Counted from the first letter of the stretch, positions 43,103 through 57,412 are shown. The stretch: 64,000 bases of DNA from the human T2T-CHM13v2.0 reference genome, Homo sapiens (GCF_009914755.1 NC_060932.1); one strand, 5' to 3'. Program-made: numbers and translations. Notes: a model not told the origin generated them from the letters alone.

Positions 43103-46100
43103 TCCATTCCCACTTATGACTGAGAACATGCGTTGTTTCGTTTTCTGTTTCTGTGTCTTTACTGAGAATGGTTTCCAGCTTCATCCATGTCCTTGCAAAT
43201 GACATGAACTCATTCTTTTTTTATGGCTGCATAGTATTCCATGGTGTATATATGCCACATTTTCTTTATCCAGTCTATCATTGATGGGCATTTGGGTTGA
43301 TTCCAAGGTTTTTCTATACTAAATGGTGCTGCAATACACATACGTGTGCATGCATCTTCATAATAGAAAGATGTATAATCCTATGGGTATATACCCAGTA
43401 AAGGGATTGCTGGGTCAAATGGTATTTCTGGTTCTAGATCCTTTAGGAATTGCCACACTGTCTTCCACAATGGTTGAACTAATTTACACTCCCACCAACA
43501 GTGTAAAAGCATTCCTAATTCTCCATAACCTCTCCAGCATCTGTTGTTTCCTGACTTTTTAATGATGGTCATTCTAACTGGCATGAGATGGTATCTCATA
43601 GTGGTTTTGATTTGCATTTCTCTAATGACTAGTGATGATGATCCTTTTTTTCATATGTTTTTGGCAGCATAAATGTCTTCTTTTGAGAAGTGTCTGTTCA
43701 TATCCTTCACCCGCTTTTTGATGGGTTTTTTCTTGTAAATTTGTTTAAGTTCCTTATAAATTCTGGATATTAGATTAGCTCTTTGTCAGATGGATAGATT
43801 GACAAAATTTTCTCCCATTCTGTAGGTTGCCTGTTCACTGTTCACTGTTCACTGTGATGATAGTTTTGTTTGTTTGTTTGTTTGCTGTGCAGAAGCTCTT
43901 TATTTCAATTAGATTCCATCTGTCAATTCTGGCTTTTGTTGCCATTTCTTTTGGTGTTTTAGTCATGAAGTCTTTGCCCATGCCTATGTCCTGAATGGTA
44001 TTGCCTAGGTTTTCTTCTAGGGTTTTTATGGTTTTAGGTCTAACATTTAAGTCTTTAATCCATCTTGAGTTAATTTTTGTATAAGGTGTAACGAAGTGAT
44101 CCAGTTACAGTTTTCTGCATATGGCTAGTCAGCTTTCCCAACACCATGTATTAAATAGGAAATCCTTTCCCCATTGCTTGTTTTTGTCAGGTTTGTCAAA
44201 CATCAGACGGTTGTAGATGTGTGGTGTTATTTCTGAGGCCTCTGTTCTGTTCCATTGGTCTCTATATCTGTTTTGGTACCAGTACCATGCTGTTTCAGTT
44301 ACTCTTGTCTTGTAATATAGTTTGAAGTCAGGTAGTATGACGCCTCCAGCTTTGTTCTTTTTGCTTAGGATTGTCTTAGCTATACGGGCTCTTTTTTGGT
44401 TCCACATGACCTTTAGTTTTTTTCTAATTCTGTGAACAAAGTCAATGGTAGCTTGATGGGAATAGCATTGAATCTATATATTACTTTGGGCAGTATGGCC
44501 ATTTTCACAATATTGATTCTTTCTATCCATGAGCATGGAATTTTTCTTTCCATTTGTTTGTGTCCTCTTTTATTTCCTTGAGCACTGATTTGTAGTTCTC
44601 CTTGAAGAAGTCCTTCACATCACTTGTAAGTTGTATTCCTAGATATTTTATTCTCTTTGTAGCAATTGTGAGTGGGTGTTCACTTATGATTTGGTTCTCT
44701 GTCTATTGTTGGTGTATAGGAATGCTTGTGATTTTTGCACATTGATTTTGTATCCTGAGACTTTGCTGAAGTTCCTTATCAGCTTAAGGACTTTTTGGAC
44801 TGAGACAATGGGGTTTTCTAAATATACAATCATGTCGTCTGCAAACAGAGACAACTTGACTTCCTCTCTTCCTAATTGAATACTCTTTCTTTCTTTCTCT
44901 TGCCTGATTGCCCTGGCCAGAATTTCCAACACTACGTTGAATAGCAGTGGTGAGAGAGGGCATCCTTGTCTTTTGCTGGTTTTAAAACGCAATGCTTCCA
45001 GCTTTTGACCATTCTGTATGACATTGGCTGTGGGTTTGTCATACATAGCTCTTATTATTTTGACATATGTTCCGTCAATACCTAGTTTATTATTTTTAGC
45101 ATGAAGGGATGTTGAATTTTATCGAAGGCCCTTTCTGCATCTATCGGGATAATCATGTGGCTTTTGTCACTGGTTCTGTTTATGTGATGGATTACGCCTA
45201 TTGATTTGTGTATTTTGAGCTAGCCTTGCATCCCAGGGATGAAGCTGACTGGATCATGTTGGATAAGCTTATGATGTGCTGCTGGATTTGATTTGCCAGT
45301 ATTTTATTGAGGATTTTCACATCGATGTTCATCGGGCATATTAGGCCTATAGGCCTGAAATTTTCTTTTTTTATTGTGTCTCTGCCAGGTTTTGGTATTT
45401 GGATGACGCTGGCCTCATAAAATGAGTTAAGGAGGATTCCCTCTTTTTCTATTGTTTGGAATAGTTTCAGAAGGAATGGTACAAGCTCCTCTTTGCACCT
45501 CTTGTAGAATTCGGCTGTGAATCCGTCTGTCCTGGGCTTTTATTGTTTGGTAGGCTATTAATCACTGTGTCAATTTTGGAACTTGTTATTGGTCTATTTC
45601 GGGATTCGGCTTCTTCCTGGTTTAGTCTTGGGAGAGTATGTGTACCCAGGAATTTGTCCATTTCTTCTAGATTTTCTAGTTTATTTGTATAGAGGTATTT
45701 ATAGTATTCTGTGGTGGTACTTTGTATTTCTGTGGGATTGGTGGTGATATCCCTTTATCTTTTTTTTATCATGTCTATTTGATTCTTCTCTCTTCTTCTT
45801 CTTTATTAGTCTGGCTAGCAGTCTATCAATTTGTTAATCATTTCAGAAAATCAGCTCCTGGATTCACTGAGGTTTTGAAGGGATTTTCATGTCTCTATCT
45901 CCTTCAGTTCTGCTCTGATCTTAGTTATTTCTTGTCTTCTGCTAGGTTTGAATTTGTTTGCTCTTGCTTCTCTAGTTCTTTCAGTTGTGATGTTAGGGCA
46001 TCGATTTTGGATCTTTCCTGCTTTCTCATGTGAGAATTTAGCACTATGATTTTCCCTCAGAACACTGCTTTAGCCGTGTCCCAGAGATTCTGGTACATTG

Positions 46101-46918
46101 TGTCTTTGTTCTCACTGGTTTCAAAGAACTTATTTATTTCTGCCTTAATTTCGTTATTTACCCAGTGGTCATTTAGGAGCAGGTTATCAGTTTCCATGTA
46201 GTTGATGCAGTTTTGAGTGAGTTTCTTAATCCTGAGTTCTAATTTGATTGCACTGTGGTCTGAGAGACTGTTTGTTGTGATTTATGTTCCTTTACACTTG
46301 CTGAGGAGTGTTTTATTTCCAATTATGTGGTCAATTTTGGAATAAGTGCTATGTGGTGCTGAGAAGAATGTGAACTCTGTTAATTTCGGGTGGACAGTTC
46401 TTTAGATGTACTAGGTCCACTGAGTTCAAATCCTGAATATCTTTGTTAATTTTCTGTCTCTTTGATCTGTCTAGTATTGACAGTGGGTGTTAAACTCTCC
46501 CACTATTATTGTGTGGGAGTCTAAGTCTCTTTGTAGGTCTCTAAGAACTTGCTTTCCGAATCTGGGGGCTTCTATATTGGGTGCATATATATTTAGGATT
46601 GTTAACTCTTCTTGCATTGATCCCTTTACCATTATGTAATGCCCTTGTCTCTTTGGATCTTTGTTGGTTTAAAGTCTGTTTTATCAGAGACTAGGATTGC
46701 AACCCATGCTTATTTTTTGCTTTCCATTTACTTGGTAAATATTCCCCCATCCCTTTATTTGGAGCCTATGTGTGTCTTCGCACATGAGTCTCCTGAATAC
46801 AGCACACCGATGAGCCTTGACTGTTTATTCAATTTTCCAGTCTGTGTCTTTTAATTGGGGCATTTAGCCCATTTACATTTAAGGTTAATATTGTTATGTG
46901 TGAATTCGAACCTGTCAT
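43103..46918 (-). pseudogene. Disrupted L1 ORF2 (endonuclease/reverse transcriptase)
   Basis: Fragments [27 protein letters not shown] (RT), LPDFKLYYK...WYWYQNR and RCWRG...[14 protein letters not shown], split by stops or frameshifts. Confidence 0.95.
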
Positions 46919-46981
46919 CATGGTGCTATCTGGTTATTTTGCACAATAGTTGATGCAGTTTCTTCATAGTGTCGTTGGTCT

Positions 46982-48006
46982 TTACATTTTGGTATGTTTG
47001 AGCAGTGGCTGGTACCAGTTTTTCCTTTCCATATTTAGTGCTTCCTTCAGGAGCTCTTATAAGGCAGGCCTAGTGGTGACAAAATCCCCCAGAATTTGCT
47101 TTTCTATGGAGGATTTTATTTCTCCTTCGCTTATGAAGCTTAGTTTGGCTGGACATGAAATTCTGGGTTGAAAATACTTTTCTTCAAGAATGTTGAATAT
47201 TGGCCCCCACTCTCTTCTGGCTAGTAGGGTTTCTGCAGAGAGATCCACTGTTAGTCTGACGGGCTTGCCTTTGTGGGTAACCCAACCTTTCTCTCTAGCT
47301 GCCCTTAGCATTTTTTCCTGTGTTTCAACCTTGGTGAATAAGATGATTATGTGTCTTGGGGTTGCTCTTCTCAAGGAGTATCTGAGCAGTGTTCTCTGTA
47401 TTTCCTGAATTTGAATGTTGGCCTGTCTTGCTAGAGTGAGGAAGATCTCCTGGATAATATCCTGAAGAGTGTTTTCCAACTTGGTTCCATTCTCCCCGTC
47501 ACTTTCAGGTCCATCAATCAATCATAGATTTGGTATTTTCACACAGTCCCGTATTTCTTGGAAGCTCTATTCTTTCCTTTCATTCTTTTTTCTCTAATCT
47601 TGTCTTCATGCTTTATTTCATTAAGTTGATCTTCAATCGCTGATATCCTTTCTTCCGCTTGATCAATTCGGCTACTGATACTTGTGTATGCGTCATGAAG
47701 TCCTTGTGCCATGTTTTTCAGCTCCATCAGGTCATTTATGTTCTTCTCTAAACTAGTTATTCAAGTGAGCAGTTCCTGTAATCTTTTATCAAGGTTCTTA
47801 TCTTCCTTGCATTGGGTTAGAAAACGCTCCTTTAGCTCAGAGGAGTTTGTTATTACCCACCTTCTGAAGCCTACTTCTGTGAATTCATCAAACGCATTCC
47901 CTGTCCCGTTGTGTTCCCTTGCTGGCAAGGAGTTGTGATCCTTTGGAGGAGAAGAGGCATTCTGGTTTTTGGAATTTTCAGCATTTTTGTGCTGGTTTTT
48001 CCTCAT
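46982..48006 (-). pseudogene. Disrupted L1 ORF1
   Basis: Fragments MRKNQHKNAENSKNQNASSPP, RIDQAEERIS and RATPRHII...QPRISCPAKLSFISEGEIK, in separate ORFs. Confidence 0.95.
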
Positions 48007-48714
48007 CTTTGTGGATTTATCTACCTTTGATCTTTTATGCTGATGACCTTTGGATGGGATTTTCGCATGGGCATCCTTTTTGTTAATGTTGACGCTATTC
48101 CTCTCTGCTTGTTAGTTTTCCTTCTAACAGTCAGGCCCCTCTTCTGCAGGTCTGCTGGAGTTTGCTGGAGGTCCACTCCAGACCCTCTTTCCTGGGGTGT
48201 CACCAGTGGAGGCTGCAGAACAGCAAAGATTGCTGCCTGTGTCTTCCTCTGGAAGCTTTGTCCCAGAAGGGCACCTGAGAGATGCCATCCGGAGCTCTCC
48301 TGTATGAGATGTCTGTTGATCCCTGCTGGGAGGTGTCTCCCAGTCAGAAGGTATGGGGGTCAGGGTCCCACTTGAGGGGGCGGTCTTTCCCTTAGCAGAG
48401 CTTGAGTGCTGTGGTAGGAGATCTGCTGCTGTCTTCAGAGCCAGCAGGCAGAAAGAGTTAGGTCTGCTGAAGCTGCACCCACAGCCACTCCTTCCCCCAG
48501 GTGCTCTGTCCCAGGGAGACAGGAATTTTATCTATGAGCCGCTGACTGGGGCTGCTGCCTTTCTTTCAGGGATGACCTGCCTAGGGAGGAGGAATCTAGA
48601 GAAGCAGTCTGGCTACAGTGGCTTTGCCGTGCAGTGGTGCGTTCTGCCCAGTTCAAACTTCCTGGCAGCTATGTTTACACTGTGAGGGGGAAACCACCTA
48701 CTCAAGCCTCAGTA

Positions 48715-48954
48715 ATGGCAGACATCCCTCTCTCCACCAAGCTCAAGTCTCCCAGCTCGACTTCAGACTGCTGTGCTGGCAGCCAGAATTCCCAGCCAGT
48801 GAATCTTAGCTTGCTGGACTCCATGGGGGTGGGACCCACTGAGCAAGACCACTTGGCTCCCTGGCTTCAGCCCCCTTTCCAGGGGAGTGAACAGTTCTGT
48901 CTCGTTGGGGTTCCAGGAGACGCTGGGGTCCAAAAAAAAACCTCTTGCAGCTAG
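48715..48954 (+). other. L1 ORF0-homologous antisense ORF (79 aa) in the L1 5' UTR
   Basis: gtaATGG Kozak; MADIPLSTKLKSPSSTSDCCAG...DSMGVGPTE aligns with recalled ORF0p MAGAPPPASLPPCSLISDCCAS...DSVGVGPSE. Confidence 0.6.
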
Positions 48955-50499
48955 CTCGGTATCTGTCTGAACAGCTGCCGAGTTTTTTGCTTGAAACCCA
49001 GGGCCCTGGTGGTGTAGGCATCTGAGGGAATTTCCTGGTTTGTTGGATGCAGAAACTGTGGGAAAAGCATGCTATCTGGGCTGGATAGCACCATCCCTCA
49101 ACGGCGTAGTCCTTCACGGCTTCCCTTGGCTAGGAGAGGGGGTTACCCAGCCCCTTGCACTTCCCTGGTGAGGCAATGCCCCACCCTTCTTCTGCTTACC
49201 CTCCGTGGGCTGCACCTACTTTCTAACCAGTCCCAGTGAAATGATCCATGTACCTCAGAGGGAAATGCAGAAATCACCCGCCTTCTGTGATGGTCTCACT
49301 GGGAGCTGCAGACGGGAGCTGTTCCTATTCGGTCATCTTGCTGAGTTCCAACTGCTTTGTGTGTCTCAATTTATGTGTCCATGAATACATTAATGGGAGA
49401 CACTTAAAGAATTCTGAATCTTTGAATTAGCTATACGCTCTCTTCCAGATATGTGGGGAAAACTGTCTTCTTTTCAAAACTAACCATAGACACACACCTT
49501 TATCATGAGGTGTACTGATGAAGCACAATGAAAGCAACACTCATAGTTTCTGCATTTGCCATCCAATATCAAAACAAAACTAAAACAACAAAAATCTTTC
49601 ATGATTCAAGTGCTTCTTCGTCCAAAATTTAATTTAAATAGACTTTCTTTGTGAAAGAATAACATACACACATATAATTTTGTTTTAATATCTTTTAGAT
49701 CAAGAACTATTCCTAATGACCTCTATGAAATTCAGGTGAAATTCGGTTTTAATATTGTGCTTCCTCAGTAAATAAAAGGAGAAAGGGCCCCTGGAAAACC
49801 AGGTTTTTTAAAAGTATACTTGTAATTTACTATAAAATAGAATCCAGCCAAAATGCACTAACATGTAAGGTGCATAGTTCATTCTTTCATTCAATAAATA
49901 TTTTTGCAGTCTCTATAGCACTGTGGCCAAGAACTGTATCTTATCACTTGACCTCTTCCAAGGTTACTATAATTCTCCTAAAAATACAGTTACTGTCTCC
50001 TTTTACAATTAAAAGGTGGAGATCATTCTCATTATTTTCATATATGATTGGTGTCCCTGTCCTTTTTATGTAATAATGTGATTCTGCAAAGTGGCAATAA
50101 CAGGTCACATTTTTATTAAAGTTGCGGGATGAAAAGGAAGCTGGATTTTAGAAATTTAAGTCCTGGGTTGTAGAACCATTTCCACTACATATTGTCTGTG
50201 TAACATCCGGCAGGTCATTAATTTCTCTGAACGTTATCTGAAGAAAAGGAATAATGCAGGTATCCTCCAGAGGCATCACCAGAGTGCAGAAGGGAGAGCA
50301 CCTCTTGGCCATCAAACTCACTTTGAGACAGAAAGTTGTGTCCACTGTGAATTCATTATGATATGGTAGACATGTGGCTCAGTGCATTTGAACTCCAGTT
50401 CCCCTTGCCTATACAAAGGAATAAAATTGTCTAAATACAGGCAACATTTTGAAGATTTAAAATATGTTAATAAATTTACATGACCAAGAGAAGTATTCT

Positions 50500-51405
50500 T
50501 GATTTTCTTCTCTCATACTCCACAAGTGCTTATCAACAATTGCTGGTCTCATCTCCGGCAATAACAAGCTAGTCTGAGGTCGCAATGTCCTTAGACTAGA
50601 TCATCTCAGTCGCCTTCTAAAGACTTGCAAACTTGCTGTCATTCATTCCCCGTGTTACAGCTGTTGTGATCGTTCCAGTGTAAATCAAACAATCCCACAG
50701 CACATCACCAAATCAAACTCGTAAATCCACCTCCACCACCACAGCCTCAGTCCAAGCTGCCGTGATCTCTTGGGTGGAAAAATACAATTATTTACTGCAT
50801 TATCTTTCAACATCCACTCTTCTCTCACCAGTGCTCCACATGCCAGCATAATTGACCATTCAACCTCCTCTTTATTGCTAGCCTATCCCTCTTAGAATAA
50901 TTGCAGAAAGTATGCAGGACTGTCGAGTTATGTGCACTAAGCTGTATCAGCTCTGTAGGCTACACTACTCCAGTCCCCACCTCGTCTTCTGAATTCCAGG
51001 CACCCTTCTAGTTCCTCTACAAAAGCACAAGGCTTCCTCTTGCCACAGGGCATTGCCTGGGTTCTCCTCTCATTCTTTTCTTTTCTCCTGGCTTCTCTCC
51101 TGCTCACTCTTCAGGGGAGAGTCAGAGGCATTTGGCCAAGACCTTCCCCTGTCCCATTCCCCAGACTAGATTACCTCTTCTTGCAAAATCCTCTTACAGT
51201 TTTTCCTTAATAGTCCTTCGTTTGGCTGGAAGGTATATATTTTTTCACATACAGTTTCTAATAAGTAACTCTCTCCTACTATACCAAGATAGCAAGGACT
51301 GTCTCTCACCTTTTTTGTTGGCAGGGGGTGGGGTGTGGCGTTGGGTTATTGTCCATCCAGTATCTAGCTTACTCTGTATATATATAGCATTTATTAAATA
51401 AATAT
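50500..51405 (+). mobile_element. L2 LINE remnant(s); boundaries approximate
   Basis: ccaccaccacagcctcagtccaagctgccgtgatctct and cttcctcttgccacagggc motifs; ends atttattaaataaat. Confidence 0.65.
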
Positions 51406-52229
51406 TTTTGGATACATGAAAACAATGTAAAATAATAGCCTTCAGTCATAAGTAGCTAGAAGTCTGATAATCTCTTTCTAAAACTTAACTAAATTTTCAG
51501 AAATATATGTTAATATCAATATGTATGCTAATTCAAGTGATATTAAGATATTTACCAAAAATAATTTAAATATTAATACTTAAAACAAACTATTTTAATT
51601 TCATGTACATTTCCACAAATGCTTTAGTCACTTACTTCAGTTATGATTAAATAATTTTTCCAGGAATTAATAGAATGATTATTTAGATTTACTTATGTAG
51701 AAATCCTCCAAGCTCTCAGCTAAGTTTTCTAATTCGATGAACACAGTGTGATTCTATCTCCATGGTGACAGATATTAGATCTTGAATTTTTATTTCTTTA
51801 ATATTGCTTTGATTACGAACAGGCCAAAAATGATTATATGATAATTTGTATATACACACACATATATAACGTGTATAATTTATGCTAATCTTCTGCAATG
51901 TTTCCTTGGGTTTTTTTTGCACTGATTTTTAATACATTTATTGAAGCGAGATTTTCTTTTGAATGTATCAAAATCAAATATAGAATGTAAGAAAGGAAAA
52001 AAATTCACTTAGCAGTCTGTGAAGCTCCTCAGATGGGCTGACTTCATAGCTGCTCTCTTGGGAGACTAAAATTATTTCAATAATGATGCCCCAAAATATT
52101 TAGGAGAGCTTATTTCAGAATTACCTTCTAAACCTGTGGCACATTTCTTTCCATCCTCTCAAGTCGGGGAAATGTTCTTGGACACTCTGCTCTCAGGAAC
52201 CCAACAGGCTCCCAGCTCCAAGCGTGCTC

Positions 52230-52650
52230 CCCTCCTTCCTCTTCCCTATGCCACCACAGCACCCACCTTGCCATCCACAGCCCATCCACAGGCTCCAGTG
52301 TGGCCCACGGCATCCTTCCTCCGGGTGTGAAATTGCTTTTCCCTCAGGCAGGATCCAGTATCTCTTCTTCACCAGGTAAGTCTTACTCTTCACACCTCAA
52401 CACTTCAGTTTCTCTATGAAAGCTTCCCCTGAATGCTAAGAGAGGACAAATTGCTCCTTCAAAGTGCCCTTGCACCCTAACACAGTGTTTTCATGGGTAT
52501 GCTGTTTGATTACTTTATCTGCCTGTCCTTAACTGAAAGCTCATTGAGAATAAAAAAGATACCTGATTTAGAGCTACATTCCTTGGCCTTGCATTTTCCC
52601 TGGCACATAGCAGACCTCAAGTGAATATATATTTAATAACTAAATATATA
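52230..52650 (+). mobile_element. L2 3' end remnant; boundaries approximate
   Basis: actgaaagctcattgag...cctggcacatagcagacctcaagtgaata. Confidence 0.65.
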
Positions 52651-52917
52651 GTAAATGTATCAAGTCCTAGGAAACAAGCCTTAGTGCAATTATGATATTG
52701 GATGGCCAGAGAAAAATGACATGGGTCTGGTTTCTATGTAAATTTTGGACTTTCGGGGATCACATATTTGGTGGACCCAGGGCTCGGCTTTAGGACTGTG
52801 TACTCATTAATGTGTGTAAAAAGTTGACTGTGCAAGTGCACCCGAGTTAGCTCAGAGCTGCTTCTAGCAATTTTAATCTATACTCAAAGTCCCCCACATC
52901 TTACCACAGGCTGATAA

Positions 52918-53196
<279 letters not shown>

Positions 53197-53297
53197 AAGT
53201 GACTACATCATATTCTTCACTGTGAATTAAATAAACATAAATCCTTCCACAAATATTCAGAGTATTAATTTCCTGTTTTATTATAAAACCTATCTTT

Positions 53298-53597
<300 letters not shown>

Positions 53598-53984
53598 CTA
53601 TCTTTACAAGCAGAAATGGCGGCATTATAGAAGGCACATTTTACTAGATCATTATTTTGAAATCATGATGTGAAAACCACCATGTGGAAAAATATTAAAT
53701 CAATACATTTAATTAAAATGATTAACCTTTTTAAACAGCATCTTTTCATTAATTAAATTGAAAATTGTACATAAATGTTTATCACATAAAGGCACAATGT
53801 TAGACACTGCAAAAGATATTTTTCTGCAATAAACTGTTCCATTTATACAGTTTATAAAGAGTAAGGACAATAAAACATGCAGGAAGAGCAGTAATTACAG
53901 AATGAAAAAGTGGCCTGTGAGGAATATGTACACACTAAGAATTTAAAAAGTCAGGTGTGGTTGCTCTGACGGAATCAGGAAAAT

Positions 53985-54100
53985 AATCCTCATGCCAACG
54001 GCGAAGTTTAAACATACATACATATATATACATATATATATGTATATATATAAAAAATCCTCATGCCAATGGTGAAGTTTAAACATACATACATACATAC
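53985..54100. repeat. Tandem duplication (period 71) spanning unique sequence plus a (CATA/TA)n tract
   Basis: aatcctcatgccaa(c/t)gg(c/t)gaagtttaaacatacatacata at 53985 and 54056. Confidence 0.95.
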
Positions 54101-54141
54101 ATATATATATACACACACATGTGTGTGTGTGTTTGTGTATG

Positions 54142-54428
54142 TTTGACAGAATTTTGCTCTCATCCTCCAGGCTGGTGTACAATGGCGTGATCTCAGCTCA
54201 GTGCAACCTCCGCCTCCCAGTTTCAAGTAATTCTCCTGCCTCCCTTAGCCTCTTAAGTAGCTGGGATTACAGGCACCCGCCACCATGCCCAGCTAATTTT
54301 TTGTATTTTTAGTAGAGATGGGGTCTCAGCATGTTAGCCAGGCTGGTCTCGAGATCCTCACCTCATGATCCACCAACCTTGGCCTCCCAAAGTTCTGATA
54401 TTACAGGTGTGAGCCATCATGCCCGGCC
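54142..54428 (-). mobile_element. Alu (AluS-like) whose tail has decayed to a TA/CA/TG microsatellite
   Basis: Full dimer ending gcccggcc. Confidence 0.94.
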
Positions 54429-55129
54429 TTAAAACTACATTTTAAGGATACTTCTGAAGCAAAATATTCTGGAAACTCCATGTTTTTTACATGGTGAATT
54501 TCCATGTAAATTTACATGGTGAATTTTTACAGGTGAATTTCCAATTTTATTTCCATTATTGGCTTACTTGTGTTCCATGTTTCTGTTAAATTCTAGGATT
54601 CAATTCTCAGATAAACATTTCCCAAGTGTAAAACTTTACCTAGTTTTCCTAAGTCTTATAAGGGTATAATTAAGTCTTTAACTCCAGATGCATAGCTCGA
54701 TTTCCTGTACTTTATGTTTACATTTCCAAATCCCTACTTGCTTTTTATTTTCTTAAATACTACCATTTCCATGTGAACTGTCACATCTTTATAGTAGTAA
54801 CTGTGACCAATCTACATGAGTGTGTTTCTCTGCTTTTGTTTCTATATTTAAAGAGGGTGGGAGGACTAAATATTTTGTCTTTAAAATGTATTAAACACCT
54901 ATGTGGCCCTGACTGTACCAGGCACTGCTTTCAACTGTTATGTAAACTTCATGGAATCTAGCCTGAGCTTGCCCCCTGCTGCCCTTCCCCTTGTGGGTAC
55001 TGCCTTAACACGCCCTCTGCTCTCGGCTGTGGTCATCACCCAGCCAGGTGTCTCCATGCTCATTAATTTATTTCCAGGAAGGTACATGAAAGACATGAGC
55101 CCTGTATCATATATCTTTTTAACATTTTC

Positions 55130-55310
55130 ATCGCAGTGTTGACCATCTTCCTTTGTTGTGTATCGTGTAACACAAATAATGATATTAAAAGCATAAAAAA
55201 AACTATTGCATCCACTTTACAGGTGAGAAAATTGAGGCATAGCGAAGTTATGGAAATTTCCTAATATCATGAGGTTCTGGCTCGGGCCGTCGGGTTCCCA
55301 GCATGAGTTG
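55130..55310 (-). mobile_element. MIR SINE
   Basis: tccactttacaggtgagaaaattgaggcatagcgaagtt. Confidence 0.75.
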
Positions 55311-57412
55311 TTCCCCATGTCGGGCGTCTCATGAGGCTCCTCCTTTCTCCTCTTCCACCTCACCCATAACTGCTCTCTCCCCTCCTTCTTCTTCGTGGCA
55401 TCACATAAGACATTCTCTTCTACCCTGGCTGAGCAAAATGCACCGCGTCTTCCAAGGTAAATGCGACAACTCCAGGAAGCCCTTCCTGATTATATCACCC
55501 CAAATCAATCTCTCTCCCTTTGAGGTTCTCCTAACATTTTATTTCCTTATGATAGTGTTAATTATATCCTATCTTAAAAAGTTGTATCTTGTACATACTG
55601 CCCGCTTCATACTGGATTGTAAATTCACGGAATGCAAATAATTTATTGCATTTTTCCCTGCTATTGTGTTTGACATCATCGGAAGTTCAATGCACATTTT
55701 TACATCACTTTTAGGTGAAAAGATAGACAACGATTGTCCACCTCAGTCCTTATTCCAGTGCCTCACATGTAACAGACATGTGGTCATGGCTAGGTAAATC
55801 AATCCATGGAGCAAAGACTGCATATGAAACTAGTTTACATGACTACATTTTAAGGTAAACATTCAAATAATATTAACTGAAAATGAACGGTAGAAAGAAT
55901 CTTTAGTCAAGGATACCATCTATGAACACAAATTTCTATTTTAGAATTTAGTTGACTTGTTGATAAAACTAATTTGGCAATGAAAAGAATGTTTCATATA
56001 AAATTAATAATAATTGGGCATTTCAAAATGTTTATTTCATGAAGAAAAAAGAACAAGACACATGCAGAGGAAGTAATGAATTATTTTAAGTTGAATATAT
56101 ACTACTTTAATTAAATCTTACTACCTCTCGATATACTGTACATTTTTAACTTATATGTTTAAGATATGACTCCAATTTTTATCTTTTTGAGCTTGGCAGA
56201 TCTAGCAAGCAGTTGTTTTCTATTTTGAAAACTGTTTTTGAATATGAGATAATCTTATGTAGAAAAAGGGTTTGAGAAGCATGCATTATTTTAAATACAT
56301 AACAGATTCATTTTAGCCAGCACTGTAAAAAATACTCAATATATCATTAAGACACATTTTAGAAGAGACTATATTTAGGAATTGATTCCTCAGTGTTAAA
56401 AGAAAGTTAGTGGAAAGGGGAGTTCATTTGAATCTGTCTATGCTCCCAGTTGGGGTCACATAAGCAGGTCGGTTTTAACAGCTTCCAGAGAATTCCCAGA
56501 GGGCCCTCACCTCAGACCAACAAGACCATCTTGGCAGACAATTGCCTATTGGCTATTGCTAGGCTCTGAGCAAATGAGTCAGGAAGCCTGGGAGGGCACA
56601 AAGCACTGACCCAAATCTCTGGACTCTTCTACCTCCTCCAGATCTGCTGTGAATTGTCCCCTACATCCACCATCAACTTGAGTCTCACAGTACAGTCAGG
56701 TCAAAGAAAGAGTTGGGGCTAAGGAAGCATTTGATGGAAGACAAACGACGATGGCTAAAATCTCAGTAGCCTAGGATGATGAAATGAAACAGCATCGCAG
56801 AGAGAGAAGCAGTCATGGGACACTGCGTTCCGAGCCTCTTTTTTTTGTTTGTTTTGTTTTGTTTTTATTATCTCAACTGATGAGCTTTGTGAGTAGCACA
56901 TGAGGAATAATCCTTCCCTGGCATGTCTGTAGTGAAAATTGACAGAGATGAGGTTTGTCATATATCTGACACCCACTAAGCACTTAGAATTACTGTCAAT
57001 AATAGTAGAGGGCTGACCTAAAAAATGGTCCCGGACATGATCTTCCGGCTAAGATAAAACAGCTTGTTATCAGACCAAGTCTCCTGCAGAGCCAAATTAG
57101 AAAAGCGGGATAAAATATATTACAAGATAAACATAATTGTTTTGAGGACAAAGGAGAGATTATCAGGGCTGCAACAACTTGAGGAGCCAGAATAACGGAG
57201 AGAAAGAAAACACAGAGTGGTGAGCCCAATACAGATCCACTCTTTCCTCCAGGCACCAGGCAGGAAATGGAGAAACTAAGTCCTGTAGTCTCACAGGAGT
57301 GAGAGATCAGGAAGGAAGACAGTCTCTAGCAAGCTCCAAAGCCCACAGCTGAAGGTCACTGAAGGGCTACACATTAGCAAGGATGCACCTGGAAATGCAC
57401 CAGCCCTCATAG

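Larger units (their letters stand above)
42907..49352 (-). mobile_element. Full-length L1PA (PA7/PA8-like), ~6.45 kb, inactive
   Basis: 5' end CAAGATGACCGAATAGGAACAGCTCC on the minus strand; ~1.35-kb 5' UTR; ORF1 and ORF2 fragments; perfect 14-bp TSD tgctttgtgtgtct at 42893-42906 and 49353-49366. Confidence 0.97.
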
